Positions 10,352 to 20,735 of a stretch of DNA of 64,000 nucleotides are shown here, one piece after another; position 1 is the first letter of the stretch; each line of letters begins with the position of its first letter. Origin of the DNA: Promethearchaeota archaeon. GTDB lineage: Archaea > Asgardarchaeota > Lokiarchaeia > Sigyniarchaeales > SOKP01. The DNA is taken from NCBI GenBank assembly GCA_016840085.1, contig JAEOTA010000012.1, positions 32,001-96,000 of the forward strand, given 5' to 3'. Below the pieces are notes generated by a model. The model did not search any database. It was not told the origin of the DNA and worked only from the letters and a program-made list of their open reading frames with translations. The translations under genes were made by a program, and so were the position numbers.

Positions 10352-11239
10352 TTAATTTTCTTTTTCTTCTTTCTCTTCTTTTTTAATTCCTTGGTTAGAA
10401 GGTGTTATAGGAACTCGAACAAGTGCTGGAACTTGTTCTAAAACTGGAGTTTTGGTTACTATCCTTGGTGGATTAAATAGGAAATATAATTCTCTATATT
10501 GTTTACCAATTTCCCAAAGTTCAGAATTGTATTTATTAAAATCCAGACTATCATTAAGATAATTTTTAACAATAAAATTAATATGGACTTCTAAATATTT
10601 TTGATAATCATCTTCATTTATTTCCTCTTTAGAATAGTTTTTTTCAATTACATAGTTGTATAAAATAGACAGTAGTTTAAAATACAAGTAGACCATATTT
10701 TCTTTGAGTGCGCAAGAATGGTTTTTCATTATTCTTATCATTACCCCTAAAACTCCATTTATTAAAGTACTATTTATTTTCTTTAAACTTTCTTTATTTT
10801 CTTCTAAGAATTCTAATATCTTTCTAAAAATTATGCTTGTAAACTCGATATTTTTCATATAAACTTCGGATTCTAATTCATCTTTATGAAATTCATTAAT
10901 TTTTTCTGTAAAATCTTGAAACTCTTGCCACAATCTCTCAATATTAATGCCTTGATAAAAATTATTTTTAATAGATGTAATCGTTTTTTTTCCTATTACT
11001 TTAGCAGAATTGAAAATATTTCTTTTATTTTGAAATATACCGATATAATCATTTGCAATATCCTTAAGGATTGCTGCAATAAGAAATATTTCTTTAGTTT
11101 CAAGAAAAATACTATTTTCCATGAGACGATTGGCAGCAATGTTCATTAAATTAAATTTATCATTTTCAAAAGCTTTTATACAGTATTCTAAATCTTGAGA
11201 AAGAATTTCAATATTTAAGGGATTCTTCATATCTATCAA
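10352..11239 (-). CDS. Hypothetical alpha-helical protein
   Basis: 295-aa ORF, first gene of a tight three-gene run. Confidence 0.65.
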   Translation of the reverse strand: MIDMKNPLNIEILSQDLEYCIKAFENDKFNLMNIAANRLMENSIFLETKEIFLIAAILKDIANDYIGIFQNKRNIFNSAKVIGKKTITSIKNNFYQGINIERLWQEFQDFTEKINEFHKDELESEVYMKNIEFTSIIFRKILEFLEENKESLKKINSTLINGVLGVMIRIMKNHSCALKENMVYLYFKLLSILYNYVIEKNYSKEEINEDDYQKYLEVHINFIVKNYLNDSLDFNKYNSELWEIGKQYRELYFLFNPPRIVTKTPVLEQVPALVRVPITPSNQGIKKEEKEEKEN

Positions 11240-11612
11240 AAAATAATTATTTTTTTTTTATTTTAAAATTTCTCTCTATTCAGAAAAAAAGGTTATGAAT
11301 AAATAATTTCGCTTTTCTTTATGAAAAAGTTGGTTAATCGATATTGTATTTTTTCTCAATTTTTTATTTATTAAAAAATCAAATTCAAGAATGGTAGAAT
11401 ACCATAAATCTGATTATATATGAAATGATTTCCTTCCTTTTTAGAACCAAAAAAATTGAATAGACTATTAAAGTAAGTATAAAGAGAGAACCAGAAGGAA
11501 AGTTATAAAAGTAATCTATTTGTAATATGGGTACAATTTAAATTTTTATTTTAAAGTAGCTTTAGTGAAATTTCAATTTAAACTGATTATAAAGCTTTGA
11601 GGTAGTAAAGAA

Positions 11613-12080
11613 ATGGTTGAAGAACAAGAAAGAGTCTATTTTCAGGATCAATGGCCTGAAATAGCAACTCAATGTTGGGGTTGTGGAAGAAATAATGAAC
11701 ATGGCTTACAAATCAAGAGTTAATGGGATGGAGATGAAGCAGTTTGTGAGTGGAAAGCAAAAGAATATCATATGGTATTCCCTGGTACTGTAAGTGGAGG
11801 GATTATCGCTTCAATTGTAGAGTGTCATTGTGGTAATACTGCTATTGCTCACTTATATAAAAAAGAGGGGAGAGAACTTGGCGAGGTTCCTTACCCTGGC
11901 ATTGTTAGTGGTACATTAACAGTAAAATATTTGATGCCGATACCTATAAGAAGGCCAATCACATTGCGTGCTAAAGTTGAGGATGCTACCGATAAAAAAA
12001 TTACTGTTTCCTGTTCTGTTTATTCAAGAAATAAATTATGTGCAAAAGGAGAATTAATTGCCATAAAAGTTGGTCGTTAA
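11613..12080 (+). pseudogene. PaaI/hot-dog thioesterase family gene with premature TAA
   Basis: ATG 11613 gives MVEEQERVYFQDQWPEIATQCWGCGRNNEHGLQIKS*WDGDEAVCEW..., in frame with track ORF 11772-12080; TAA at 11721-11723. Confidence 0.85.
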
Positions 12081-12304
12081 ATTAATAATATTTCTTTTTT
12101 TTCATCAGAATTTTAAAATAATTAAGGGATAAGACGAAAGCTAAAATAATTTTATTGGAACTCAAAGGAATTTGGGAAAACTAATAAAAGAAATTGGTTT
12201 TAGAAAAAACCTAAATTTTTAAGACTAGATTAAATTTTCAATCATATTATATGAAAAAAGTCGAAATATGATAAGTTTTTAAAAAAAGAGAGGACAAGAT
12301 TAAA

Positions 12305-13336
12305 ATGCGCGCAGTTATAGTTGAAAAATTTGGCAATATAACTATTAAAGATATCCCTAAACCTTCCCCTGGACATGAAGAAGCCTTAGTTAAAATCTCT
12401 AGCGCAGGTGTTTGCCATTCGGATCTACATCTCGCTTATGGGGATTGGCCCGTAGCAACACCGCCATTCCCTCTGGGGCATGAAGGTATAGGAATAGTTG
12501 AGGAATTAGGTGCTGGTGCTGAGGCTTTTGTGCAGAAGGGCGATAGAGTTATATTGGGTCTGGGTGGAACAGCAGGAGGATATTGGTGTGGAGCTTGTGA
12601 ATATTGCCTTGCTGGAAAACCTATGTTGTGTTTACAGCGTAAGAATCTTATTGGAATATATAGTGAATATGTTTCAATTTGGGCAAAAGCTTTAGTAAAA
12701 TTACCTGATGAAATAAGTGATAGAGAAGTTCCATTAGCATGTGCCGGTTTAACAGCATATAGCGCTATCAAAAAACTTGCTAAGTTTGGAATACCAGCAG
12801 GCAAATTAATTGCTATTATTGGTGCTGCGGGGGGGCTTGGACACTATGCAGTACAGATTGCTAAAGCATTCGGATATAAGGTCATCGGAGTGGATATAGG
12901 CCCTGAAAAATTGGAATTTGTTAAAAAACTGGGAGCAGATCATGCCGTAGAGGTTAGTGAAGCAATGAAGTTCGTTAAGAAGAAGCTTGGCGGTGTATAC
13001 GCAAGCATAGTATTTTCATCAAAAATAGCAGGTTTTGAGCTTGGTTTAAAATTGCTTAAGGCAGGGGGTGTACTTATTGCTGTGGGATTACCTGCCTTTA
13101 AGGAAGGATCGATATCAATAAATCCATTTGAGTTTATATTAAAGGGTTTACATATAGTGGGATCGTTAGTGGGTACTGTAGAAGAAATGAGAGAATTAGT
13201 CCAATTAGCAGCAGAAGGTAAAGTTAAAACTCATATAGGTAGAGTTGCGAATCTTTCAGAATTGAATCAAGTATTTGAGGAATTAGAGCAAGGAAAAATC
13301 GTAGGAAGGGCAATTATTGATAATATCATGGAGTAA
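12305..13336 (+). CDS. Zinc-dependent alcohol dehydrogenase
   Basis: GVCHSD, GHEG, CGACEYC..C structural Zn site, GAAGGLG. Confidence 0.93.
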   Translation: MRAVIVEKFGNITIKDIPKPSPGHEEALVKISSAGVCHSDLHLAYGDWPVATPPFPLGHEGIGIVEELGAGAEAFVQKGDRVILGLGGTAGGYWCGACEYCLAGKPMLCLQRKNLIGIYSEYVSIWAKALVKLPDEISDREVPLACAGLTAYSAIKKLAKFGIPAGKLIAIIGAAGGLGHYAVQIAKAFGYKVIGVDIGPEKLEFVKKLGADHAVEVSEAMKFVKKKLGGVYASIVFSSKIAGFELGLKLLKAGGVLIAVGLPAFKEGSISINPFEFILKGLHIVGSLVGTVEEMRELVQLAAEGKVKTHIGRVANLSELNQVFEELEQGKIVGRAIIDNIME

Positions 13337-13643
13337 TAGAACTTGGTTAATATGGTTTAAGCAGATTTCTATTGCCTAAACTCAATAATTTCAATTTTTT
13401 ATTACTCATCTGATTTTGTAAACATTATTTTCTTATTGGTGCTTGAAAGAATTCATTTTCTTCTAGTTCAACCTCAAGATGAAAGAAAATCCGTATATTC
13501 TGAAAATCCGAGGGATAAATCTACGTAAAAAAATAAATAAAAAAAGTAAATTCTTCTTGGGAATCAGCTCACTCTAAAACAATTTATCGGTAAACTAAAC
13601 CAAAAAAAAAAATATAGAATTAGTTTTAAAAAGACGTATGATT

Positions 13644-13871
13644 TTACAGTGCCTTTAAGGCTTTATCAAGTTCTTCAAGTTGCTCCTTTGAAAATTGTCC
13701 AGGAGCCATCTGTTCAGAATATTCTTGAATCTGGCGTAAACTAAAACCCATAGCCATTTGGGCTTGAGGACTTTCAACGAGCTGTTTTAGGTTTTCTCTA
13801 ATGAACTTTCCAGAAACCTCATCTTCTAAAAGATCACCAAGAGTCATGTCAACATTATACTTATCTGGCAT
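13644..13871 (-). CDS. Small helical protein resembling the C-terminal appendage of some glycoside hydrolases
   Basis: GGAG RBS and ATG; YNVDMTLGDLLED...PQAQMAMGFSLRQI...LEELDKALKAL. Confidence 0.65.
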   Translation of the reverse strand: MPDKYNVDMTLGDLLEDEVSGKFIRENLKQLVESPQAQMAMGFSLRQIQEYSEQMAPGQFSKEQLEELDKALKAL

Positions 13872-14100
13872 TTTCTATAAACTCCTTCTTATTTACTAAT
13901 ATTAAAGTTTTACTTTAATAGTTGTATTTAATTCGTTAATTGATATAAATTTATTTTAAAGATAGTCTTTAACAAAACTGTGATTTCTCTCTTTTTACAT
14001 TTAAATGCCTTTTAAAAATAAAACTTTATAATCAGAATTTTAAAAAAAATTTAGGATAAACTGAGATCTAAAAAAAATTAATCCCATGTAGCTTTTTTAC

Positions 14101-15396
14101 TTAATCCCATTTTGGTCCACCTGATTTTTCAACTGTGTTGTCATCATCTTCCGAGTGGATTCTCTTTAAGTCAATGTCTTGATATCCTGGGAGAACATTA
14201 AGCATCCGTCTCATAGCAAATTTAATATCTTTAGATGATGCGATGAAACGCCCTACAATTAAAATGTCTGCTCCTTGATTCAAGGCATATGCAGCAGAAC
14301 TTGGCTCAATACCTCCAGCGACAGCGACTAATACTCTATCTCGCCCTGAAGCCTTCTTTTGACTTGCATATAATTCTTTAATTTTCGGTACTAGTGTCCA
14401 TCTCTGCTTTTGCTGAGCGTCAGGGGATAATTTTCCTTCTGTTGACTGTTCAACATCTATAGCTCTATGAATTATAACGACATCCGGAGTTTGCTTTAGC
14501 GAACCCAGCTTCTCTATAGGATTTTGAACTTCCATTGTATCCACGAATGCGTGAATTCCAAGTCGTTGTGCTTCTAAGATAAACTTATCAAGTGAAGCAG
14601 TAGCAGCTAATCCACTTGCTACGACAGCGTCAGCAGTTGCATCAAAGGCAAAATCAACTTCTAATTTTCCTACATCCAATGTCTTTAAATCAGCAACTAT
14701 AAATTTGTCTTTGGCAACATCCCGAATTTGTTTAATCGATTCTACACCATATTTCTTAAGAAAAGGTGTTCCAACTTCAAGTATGATACGATCACTCTTT
14801 GGTAATTCCTTAACAACTTTAATTTGCTTTTCCAAGGCAGGATGATCTAATGCTACTTGTATATATGGTGGACGCCAGAGTCTAGGTACTCGAATCCCCG
14901 CAACTGGGTGTTTTGCGCGGTCTTTATCATAAAATATCTTTTCAATTGGAGGATAATTTTTAAGAGCTCTCTGAATTGCTAACTTTGTAGCACCGTAATT
15001 ATATTGATAGATTTTTCGGTAATCTGTAGCTTCAGGATGTATAAACACACTCACGATTATTACCCAATCATCCAATTTATTCATAGGGATTAAACCTTCT
15101 TCTACGGCATCAGCAATACCTTTTGCTACTGCTGCTTGAGCAGGACCAAATATTTTGTTAGCATCTTCCATATCTGACACAGTGACCTTAGGAACGATCA
15201 AAGAGACTGGTTTGGATAAGAGATTAGGACGTATAGCTCCGAGCAATCCACCGTGACCTTTTGAAGGAGTACTTAACGCATTTGCGAAAGAAATTCCGAC
15301 AGGCCCATCTTTTGAACCAACTATTAAATCTACATGAGCTAGATTGGGAGCTTCTCCGATCAGTGCTTCTCCGATAAAATATTCATTTTTAGCCAT
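14101..15396 (-). CDS. fae-hps: Bifunctional formaldehyde-activating enzyme / 3-hexulose-6-phosphate synthase
   Basis: IGEALIG...AHVDLIVG...FGPAQAAVAK...YNYGATKLAI (Fae), then PYIQVALD, EVGTP, ADLKTLDVG, VAVAGG (HPS). Confidence 0.92.
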   Translation of the reverse strand: MAKNEYFIGEALIGEAPNLAHVDLIVGSKDGPVGISFANALSTPSKGHGGLLGAIRPNLLSKPVSLIVPKVTVSDMEDANKIFGPAQAAVAKGIADAVEEGLIPMNKLDDWVIIVSVFIHPEATDYRKIYQYNYGATKLAIQRALKNYPPIEKIFYDKDRAKHPVAGIRVPRLWRPPYIQVALDHPALEKQIKVVKELPKSDRIILEVGTPFLKKYGVESIKQIRDVAKDKFIVADLKTLDVGKLEVDFAFDATADAVVASGLAATASLDKFILEAQRLGIHAFVDTMEVQNPIEKLGSLKQTPDVVIIHRAIDVEQSTEGKLSPDAQQKQRWTLVPKIKELYASQKKASGRDRVLVAVAGGIEPSSAAYALNQGADILIVGRFIASSKDIKFAMRRMLNVLPGYQDIDLKRIHSEDDDNTVEKSGGPKWD

Positions 15397-15642
15397 ATGA
15401 TTTTCCTTTTTTAATTATAAAATATTTCTTTTTATTAATTTTGGAGAGTTTATTTATTTATAATAATGTATTTTTGAGATAACACTACAATTATCTAGAG
15501 TTAATCTTCTATTAATAAAATTATTGATTGAATTATCCCTTAAATAATAAAAAAGATTTAAAGAAAATTGTGGTAAAAATACCGAAATTCTTTCATTTCA
15601 GAAATTTCATTTTCAATTTTGTTAATTTGAGATATAGACATG

Positions 15643-16770
15643 CTATCTCTTTATCTCCATGATTAAATCGTGTATACGATTAAGTCCTGATGTAAGGTAA
15701 TCTGGGGGTAATCCAAAACTGATCCGAAAAAATTTATCCATACCGAAATGATCCCCGGGTACAATAAAAACGCTTTTTTCCTTACGTAATCGCTCTGCAA
15801 ATTCAGTGGAGTTGATGTCTAAATGATATCGAACAAAAGCAATTGCGGCTGCTTGTGGAGGCACAACACTAAATGTATTTTCATGGTCATCCATCCATTG
15901 TTTTAAGATAGGATATCCTTTACGAATGTAATTACGAGTGCGTTGTATAATACGTGGTCGCACTTTAGGAGAGAGTGCGATTGCAGCAAGTTTGTTTGAT
16001 AACATCGTAGCACTAATGGTAGTATATTCATGCCGTGCCCAAATTTGATCTATAGTATCAACAGGAGCAATTACCCATCCAATACGTAGTCCTGGTAATC
16101 CATACGCTTTACTCATGCTACCAACTGCTACAAGTCTGTCATATCGTCCAAAAAAAGAGGGGGTTTGTTTATCCGTTAAACGTTCAGCGCCGCAGTAGAC
16201 TTCATCAGTTAAAATCCATGCCCTAGCTTGTTCTGCTATATCTATGATTGCTTTCATTTCATTCTCGGTAAGGATGTAACCAGTGGGATTATTAGGATTA
16301 CAAACAGCTATTAATTTGGTATTTCTGGTTACAATTTCGTTTAACTCATCTAGATCAGGTTTCCAACCATTTTCCTCTCGCAGATGGAATGTTTTTAATT
16401 TGAAATCAAAATTCTTAGCAATACCCCAAATTTGCATGTAATTAGGTAGCATAATAACGATTTCATCGCCGGTATTAAGTAGTGTGTGAATAGTGTTATA
16501 ATTAGCTTCAATTGCCCCTGTTGTAACTAAAATATTATTTATGGTAGCACCATCATACAACGCAGCAATATTTTCTCTTAATTCAGGGATACCATTAACA
16601 TATGGGTAGTTAAGATCGGTAGCAAGCAACTGGTCGATATTATTAGGATTATCTGATAATAGGTCGCTGAGCAAAATTGGATGAACACCACTTTCGGATA
16701 GGTTGAATTCAACTTCTTGCTCATACTTGGACATCCAACGTTCCATAAGAAAGGATTGAAATTGTGGCAT
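15643..16770 (-). CDS. PLP-dependent aminotransferase class I/II
   Basis: NPNNPTG, DEVY, SMSKAYGLPGLRIGW. Confidence 0.92.
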   Translation of the reverse strand: MPQFQSFLMERWMSKYEQEVEFNLSESGVHPILLSDLLSDNPNNIDQLLATDLNYPYVNGIPELRENIAALYDGATINNILVTTGAIEANYNTIHTLLNTGDEIVIMLPNYMQIWGIAKNFDFKLKTFHLREENGWKPDLDELNEIVTRNTKLIAVCNPNNPTGYILTENEMKAIIDIAEQARAWILTDEVYCGAERLTDKQTPSFFGRYDRLVAVGSMSKAYGLPGLRIGWVIAPVDTIDQIWARHEYTTISATMLSNKLAAIALSPKVRPRIIQRTRNYIRKGYPILKQWMDDHENTFSVVPPQAAAIAFVRYHLDINSTEFAERLRKEKSVFIVPGDHFGMDKFFRISFGLPPDYLTSGLNRIHDLIMEIKR

Positions 16771-16971
16771 TTTATTATCTTTTTTGTTTTGAAATATTAT
16801 AGAGAAATTATGAAATATATAATAAAAGGATCATGCATAGTAGCTTCTCAAAATATCGAATTTCTTTCTAAGGTTTAATAAAGCAGTTTTTTATTAAAAT
16901 TCAAAAATTATAAATAACCAAATTGACATTTATATCAAAGAATAAAAATTAATAGAAAGGGTGAAAATTAA

Positions 16972-17271
16972 ATCACATACACAATAGCAGAAGGTAAATT
17001 CCCTAAAAAACCTGGATATGGTAAAGTAGTAATAGCGTGCAGAAAAGATTTTAGAAATTTTAAAAAAGATAACGGAAATAGAATTGCTCAGTTTATAGAT
17101 GAAAGAATCACACGATTTGCTCAGATGGGTTTGGATCTTAAAGTAATTAATAACCAGAAAGATAATTTAGAAGGTATTAGGAAACTTTTTAGGGAAGGAA
17201 AAGAGGATACAGCATTTTCGTTGTTTTTTAGGACATTTCCAACGTGTTTACCTTATAGAACAAGGCTTTAA
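16972..17271 (+). CDS. Hypothetical 99-aa basic protein with apparent ATC start (missing from ORF track)
   Basis: GGGTGA RBS at about 16959-16964, in-frame TAA at 16969, then 99 open codons (ITYTIAEGKFPKKPGYGKVVIACRKDF...TCLPYRTRL*) filling an otherwise empty gap. Confidence 0.6.
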   Translation: MTYTIAEGKFPKKPGYGKVVIACRKDFRNFKKDNGNRIAQFIDERITRFAQMGLDLKVINNQKDNLEGIRKLFREGKEDTAFSLFFRTFPTCLPYRTRL

Positions 17272-17283
17272 TATATAAAAAAT

Positions 17284-17616
17284 CTAAATAACTTCAATTG
17301 AATCGATATTCCAGAGATATTTTTTCAGATCAATTTTAAATTCACCTGAAAACTCAATTCCTTCTAATTCTAACAGTTTTTTTTGATACTGTTTATCCTC
17401 AATTGACGACATAGATAATTTACCATTTGAACTTATGACACGGTGCCATGGCAAATGATATTTCTTACTTGAAGAATGAAGAACCCAAGAAACTTGTCTT
17501 GCGGCTTTAGGATTTCCTGCTATTTTAGCAATAAATCCATAAGTGAGAACTTTACCCTCCGGAATGTTTTTAATTATATTTATAATTCTTTGTGTAAAAT
17601 CACTAGGAATTGACAC
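17284..17616 (-). CDS. Alkyltransferase-like (ATL/YbaZ, MGMT family) protein
   Basis: IPEGKVLTYG..A...ARQV; PWHRV, with Trp replacing the catalytic Cys of PCHRV. Confidence 0.9.
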   Translation of the reverse strand: MSIPSDFTQRIINIIKNIPEGKVLTYGFIAKIAGNPKAARQVSWVLHSSSKKYHLPWHRVISSNGKLSMSSIEDKQYQKKLLELEGIEFSGEFKIDLKKYLWNIDSIEVI

Positions 17617-17629
17617 TCACCATTTTGAA

Positions 17630-18985
17630 TTATTGCTTATATCTTTCAGTAGATTTTTTTTCAATTTTTTTTGCTGAAGTATATAGTTTTTCTAATTTTT
17701 CTTTCTTTAATTCTTTTGTTTCGAAAATTATATGATTACAATCGTATTTAGCAAAGTTCTTTTCAAATATATTTATTTCAAAATATTCTTTCTCATCCCA
17801 CAAACGAGATCCGGGATAAGGAGTTGCTACAAAGTAATTTATTTCATCTCCCTCATCTAAAGGTAAAGAGTCTATATATTCATTTGTCTGGTAAAAACTG
17901 TTTTTTGTTTCGCCAGGAAGTCCTAATACGAAATATGCTTGAATTGCAATATCGTATTTTTTTAAATTTATAATTCCTTTCTTTACTTGTTCTGGATCTT
18001 GATATTTAAAATTTTTTTTGAGAACTGTTTTATTAGCAGATTCAATCCCAGTTGCAATTAATTGACATCCTGCCTCTTTTAACAAGCGAGCGTCTTCAGA
18101 GTTTATAGTATCTATCCGGAGTTCACAACCCCAAGGTATAGTAATTTCATATTCGACAAACATCTCACAAAAATTTCTAAAAAATTTTCTATTTATGTTG
18201 ATGTTATCATAAAAATTGATATAATTATAAGTTTGTAATGAAAGAATGTCATTTATTTCTGCATATATAGATTCAATGCTTCTAATTCTTGTTTTTTTAA
18301 ATAAATTTTGCCTTGAGCAGAAAGAGCATTCATTGGGGCAACCTCTGTTTACAATGACACTCGCAACAGTATAAAAGTAATTCTCTTGCGATAATTTATA
18401 ACGAGCAGGTAAAGGTAATAATTCTAAGTTTATAGGTTCTTCAGGGAATCCTGTAAATATAATTTTCCCTTTCGAATTTGTATAAGAAATCCCTTTAATT
18501 AAATTAATTTTTTCTTCAAACGTCTCTAACCTTTTTTTTTTAGTAATGTGTTGTTGTAGAATTTTGATGAGACTTAATAAAGAATACTCTGATTCGCCAA
18601 CACAAATAAAATCGATTAATCTTTCTGCTTTTGAGTCATTATTTAAAATTTCTCTATACAAGAAAGATACGTGGGGTCCTCCCATAATTACGTAATTATT
18701 TTGCTTTTGAGATTTTATGATTCTGGCAACATCAAGCGCCATATGAAAAGTATTTGTAAGAGATGTAATCCCAAAAATATTATAACCAGTTATTTTTTGT
18801 CTTATCAGATTTTCAAATTCAGATTTGTTTAAATCTTTAAATTGTTCAAGATCCAAAATATCAACTGGAGTGTTACTTAAATCTAATATCGCTGATAAAT
18901 ATAATAATCCTAAGTTAGGCTCTCTAAAAAAATCAGTTTGGACTTCTGTAGGTTTAGAAGTTTTAGGATTGATTAGTAGAATCAT
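17630..18985 (-). CDS. B12-binding radical SAM protein
   Basis: [41 protein letters not shown]. Confidence 0.9.
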   Translation of the reverse strand: MILLINPKTSKPTEVQTDFFREPNLGLLYLSAILDLSNTPVDILDLEQFKDLNKSEFENLIRQKITGYNIFGITSLTNTFHMALDVARIIKSQKQNNYVIMGGPHVSFLYREILNNDSKAERLIDFICVGESEYSLLSLIKILQQHITKKKRLETFEEKINLIKGISYTNSKGKIIFTGFPEEPINLELLPLPARYKLSQENYFYTVASVIVNRGCPNECSFCSRQNLFKKTRIRSIESIYAEINDILSLQTYNYINFYDNININRKFFRNFCEMFVEYEITIPWGCELRIDTINSEDARLLKEAGCQLIATGIESANKTVLKKNFKYQDPEQVKKGIINLKKYDIAIQAYFVLGLPGETKNSFYQTNEYIDSLPLDEGDEINYFVATPYPGSRLWDEKEYFEINIFEKNFAKYDCNHIIFETKELKKEKLEKLYTSAKKIEKKSTERYKQ

Positions 18986-19787
18986 CTTGAGTGCTTATTT
19001 CATTGTCTTCAGGTAATTGATCAGGAATTTGAAATGCCTTGGTTAAAGCATTAAAAGAGCCGGGTTTACTAAATTTTTCTTCGTATATTACGGGGATTTG
19101 TGATTCCAATGGGGGAGATTTATCATCTTCGTGTATATATAATTCTATTCCTTGGATTTTTCGATTTTTTATAACTAATCGAGTGGAGTAATTATGATCT
19201 TTGAAAAAAGTAAAACCATTGTTTAAACGTCCTAATTTTATAGGATTAATAACGGTTTTTTCTTCTTTAAGGAAAGTTTCTACGACTTCTTCATCAATAT
19301 ATATAGTTCCCCCGATTATTATGAATCGCCTTATTAATTCTTCTGGTTTGGGAAAACTATTTATGTATTCAATTGCCTTATTTGCTTTAGGGCTTACAAT
19401 CGAGACATCTCTTATAAATCTATCTTGAGTAGGTTTAGAAAAATCACTTTTCTCAATAGGTTTGGCGCGACCTGCACCAAGTGGCTTTTCTAAAATTTCT
19501 TGAAATTCTTGATCATCAATAGAATAAATGTTTAATGGATATACTCTATAAAATAATCTTAATTGTTGCCGAAACATTCCAGCCAAAATACCACCATATA
19601 TTTGAACTATGAAAGAGCTGTGCGAACCATTGAAAGTCCAAATTTTCTTTGTATCATGATCTACCAGCAAATATACCCTCTCTTTACTGGTTTCGTTTAA
19701 AATATCACTTACTATACTCCCTTGATGCACTTCTCTTGTTTCCATAAACGGAAATTCTGTGAGTGTTATAACTTCAAATATCTGCAT
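18963..19787 (-). CDS. Protein with N-terminal gelsolin-like domain
   Basis: [23 protein letters not shown] matches the gelsolin core pattern (hhhhD...IWxWxG..S). Confidence 0.55.
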   Translation of the reverse strand: MQIFEVITLTEFPFMETREVHQGSIVSDILNETSKERVYLLVDHDTKKIWTFNGSHSSFIVQIYGGILAGMFRQQLRLFYRVYPLNIYSIDDQEFQEILEKPLGAGRAKPIEKSDFSKPTQDRFIRDVSIVSPKANKAIEYINSFPKPEELIRRFIIIGGTIYIDEEVVETFLKEEKTVINPIKLGRLNNGFTFFKDHNYSTRLVIKNRKIQGIELYIHEDDKSPPLESQIPVIYEEKFSKPGSFNALTKAFQIPDQLPEDNEISTQDDSTNQS

Positions 19788-19962
19788 ATATAGTTATCCA
19801 TTAAATTCTTATATAATTTATAAGGTTATTATCTTTAAAATAAATTTCATAATATGCATCAATTTAGAAAATTAATCTAAATCCTAAAATTCCATAAAAT
19901 TTTTATGAAAATAAACATTTATGGAGTTATTCTTGCTTTTTTAAGTTCAAGTATGATATATC

Positions 19963-20364
19963 GTGTCTTCTGAAAAAATAGTATATAAGTTAAACATCAG
20001 TGGTGGTACTGAAGGACCTGGAAAAGGATTATCCAAGCTTATTGAAATTGATGAAAAAAAATTTCGATTTGAAGGGATGAAAATTGGTGATGTTATTAAA
20101 GGTGGGCTTGTAGGATTTCCTAATTATGAATTCGTAATTACCGGGGGGAGTGACTCATCAGGATTCCCCATGAGGAAGGATGTACATGGCCCTGTTAAAA
20201 AGAAAATTCTTGTTTCTAAAAGAAGTATTGGATTTAAACCTCGAAGAAACGGAGAAAAAAAGAGAAGAACCGTGAGAGGTAATGAAGTAACAAGTGATAT
20301 GACATTAATTAACCTAAAAGTTACAAAATATGGAGAAGCCGAACTTTTTAAAAAAGAAAAATAA
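19963..20364 (+). CDS. rps6e: 30S ribosomal protein S6e
   Basis: GMKIGD, ITGGSDSSGFPMRKDV, RRTVRGN, INLKV. Confidence 0.96.
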   Translation: MSSEKIVYKLNISGGTEGPGKGLSKLIEIDEKKFRFEGMKIGDVIKGGLVGFPNYEFVITGGSDSSGFPMRKDVHGPVKKKILVSKRSIGFKPRRNGEKKRRTVRGNEVTSDMTLINLKVTKYGEAELFKKEK

Positions 20365-20390
20365 TAATGAAATATTTTCGATGATGCATC

Positions 20391-20573
20391 ATGGTCAAAG
20401 TTAAAAAATGTAGCTTTTGTGGGTACGACATTCCTATAGGTCGAGGGGTAATGTTTATCCAAAAGAACGGTGTAATATATAATTTTTGTACTAACAAATG
20501 TAGAAAAGCATTGTTGGTTTATAAAAAAAAAGCAAGAAAAACTAGATGGACCGCTTATTACGGGAAAGAATGA
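20391..20573 (+). CDS. rpl24e: 50S ribosomal protein L24e
   Basis: CSFCGYDIPIGRGVMFI...FCTNKC...RWT. Confidence 0.95.
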   Translation: MVKVKKCSFCGYDIPIGRGVMFIQKNGVIYNFCTNKCRKALLVYKKKARKTRWTAYYGKE

Positions 20574-20612
20574 TTTTTACTTACTCTTTCTAATATTCAA
20601 AAAAAGGTTTAA

Positions 20613-20654
20613 TTATTGTAATCGAGGAAATTTAAGTAGTTCATCGATCAGGTC
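20613..20654 (-). repeat. Synonymously recoded second copy of the rpoN 3' end (DLIDELLKFPRLQ*)
   Basis: gac ctg atc gat gaa cta ctt aaa ttt cct cga tta caa taa versus gat tta ata gat gag cta ctc aaa ttt cct aga tta cag taa at 20777-20736. Confidence 0.9.
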
Positions 20655-20735
20655 AAGTTGATCTATATAAATATAGTACTCAAATTCCTTTAGATTAAAA
20701 TAAAACGAATCAGAATCATATTTATTTAATCTAGA

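Noticed and set aside
11721-11723. Stop-codon reassignment
   Set aside because: Single instance; TAA, TAG and TGA all terminate conserved genes normally in this window.
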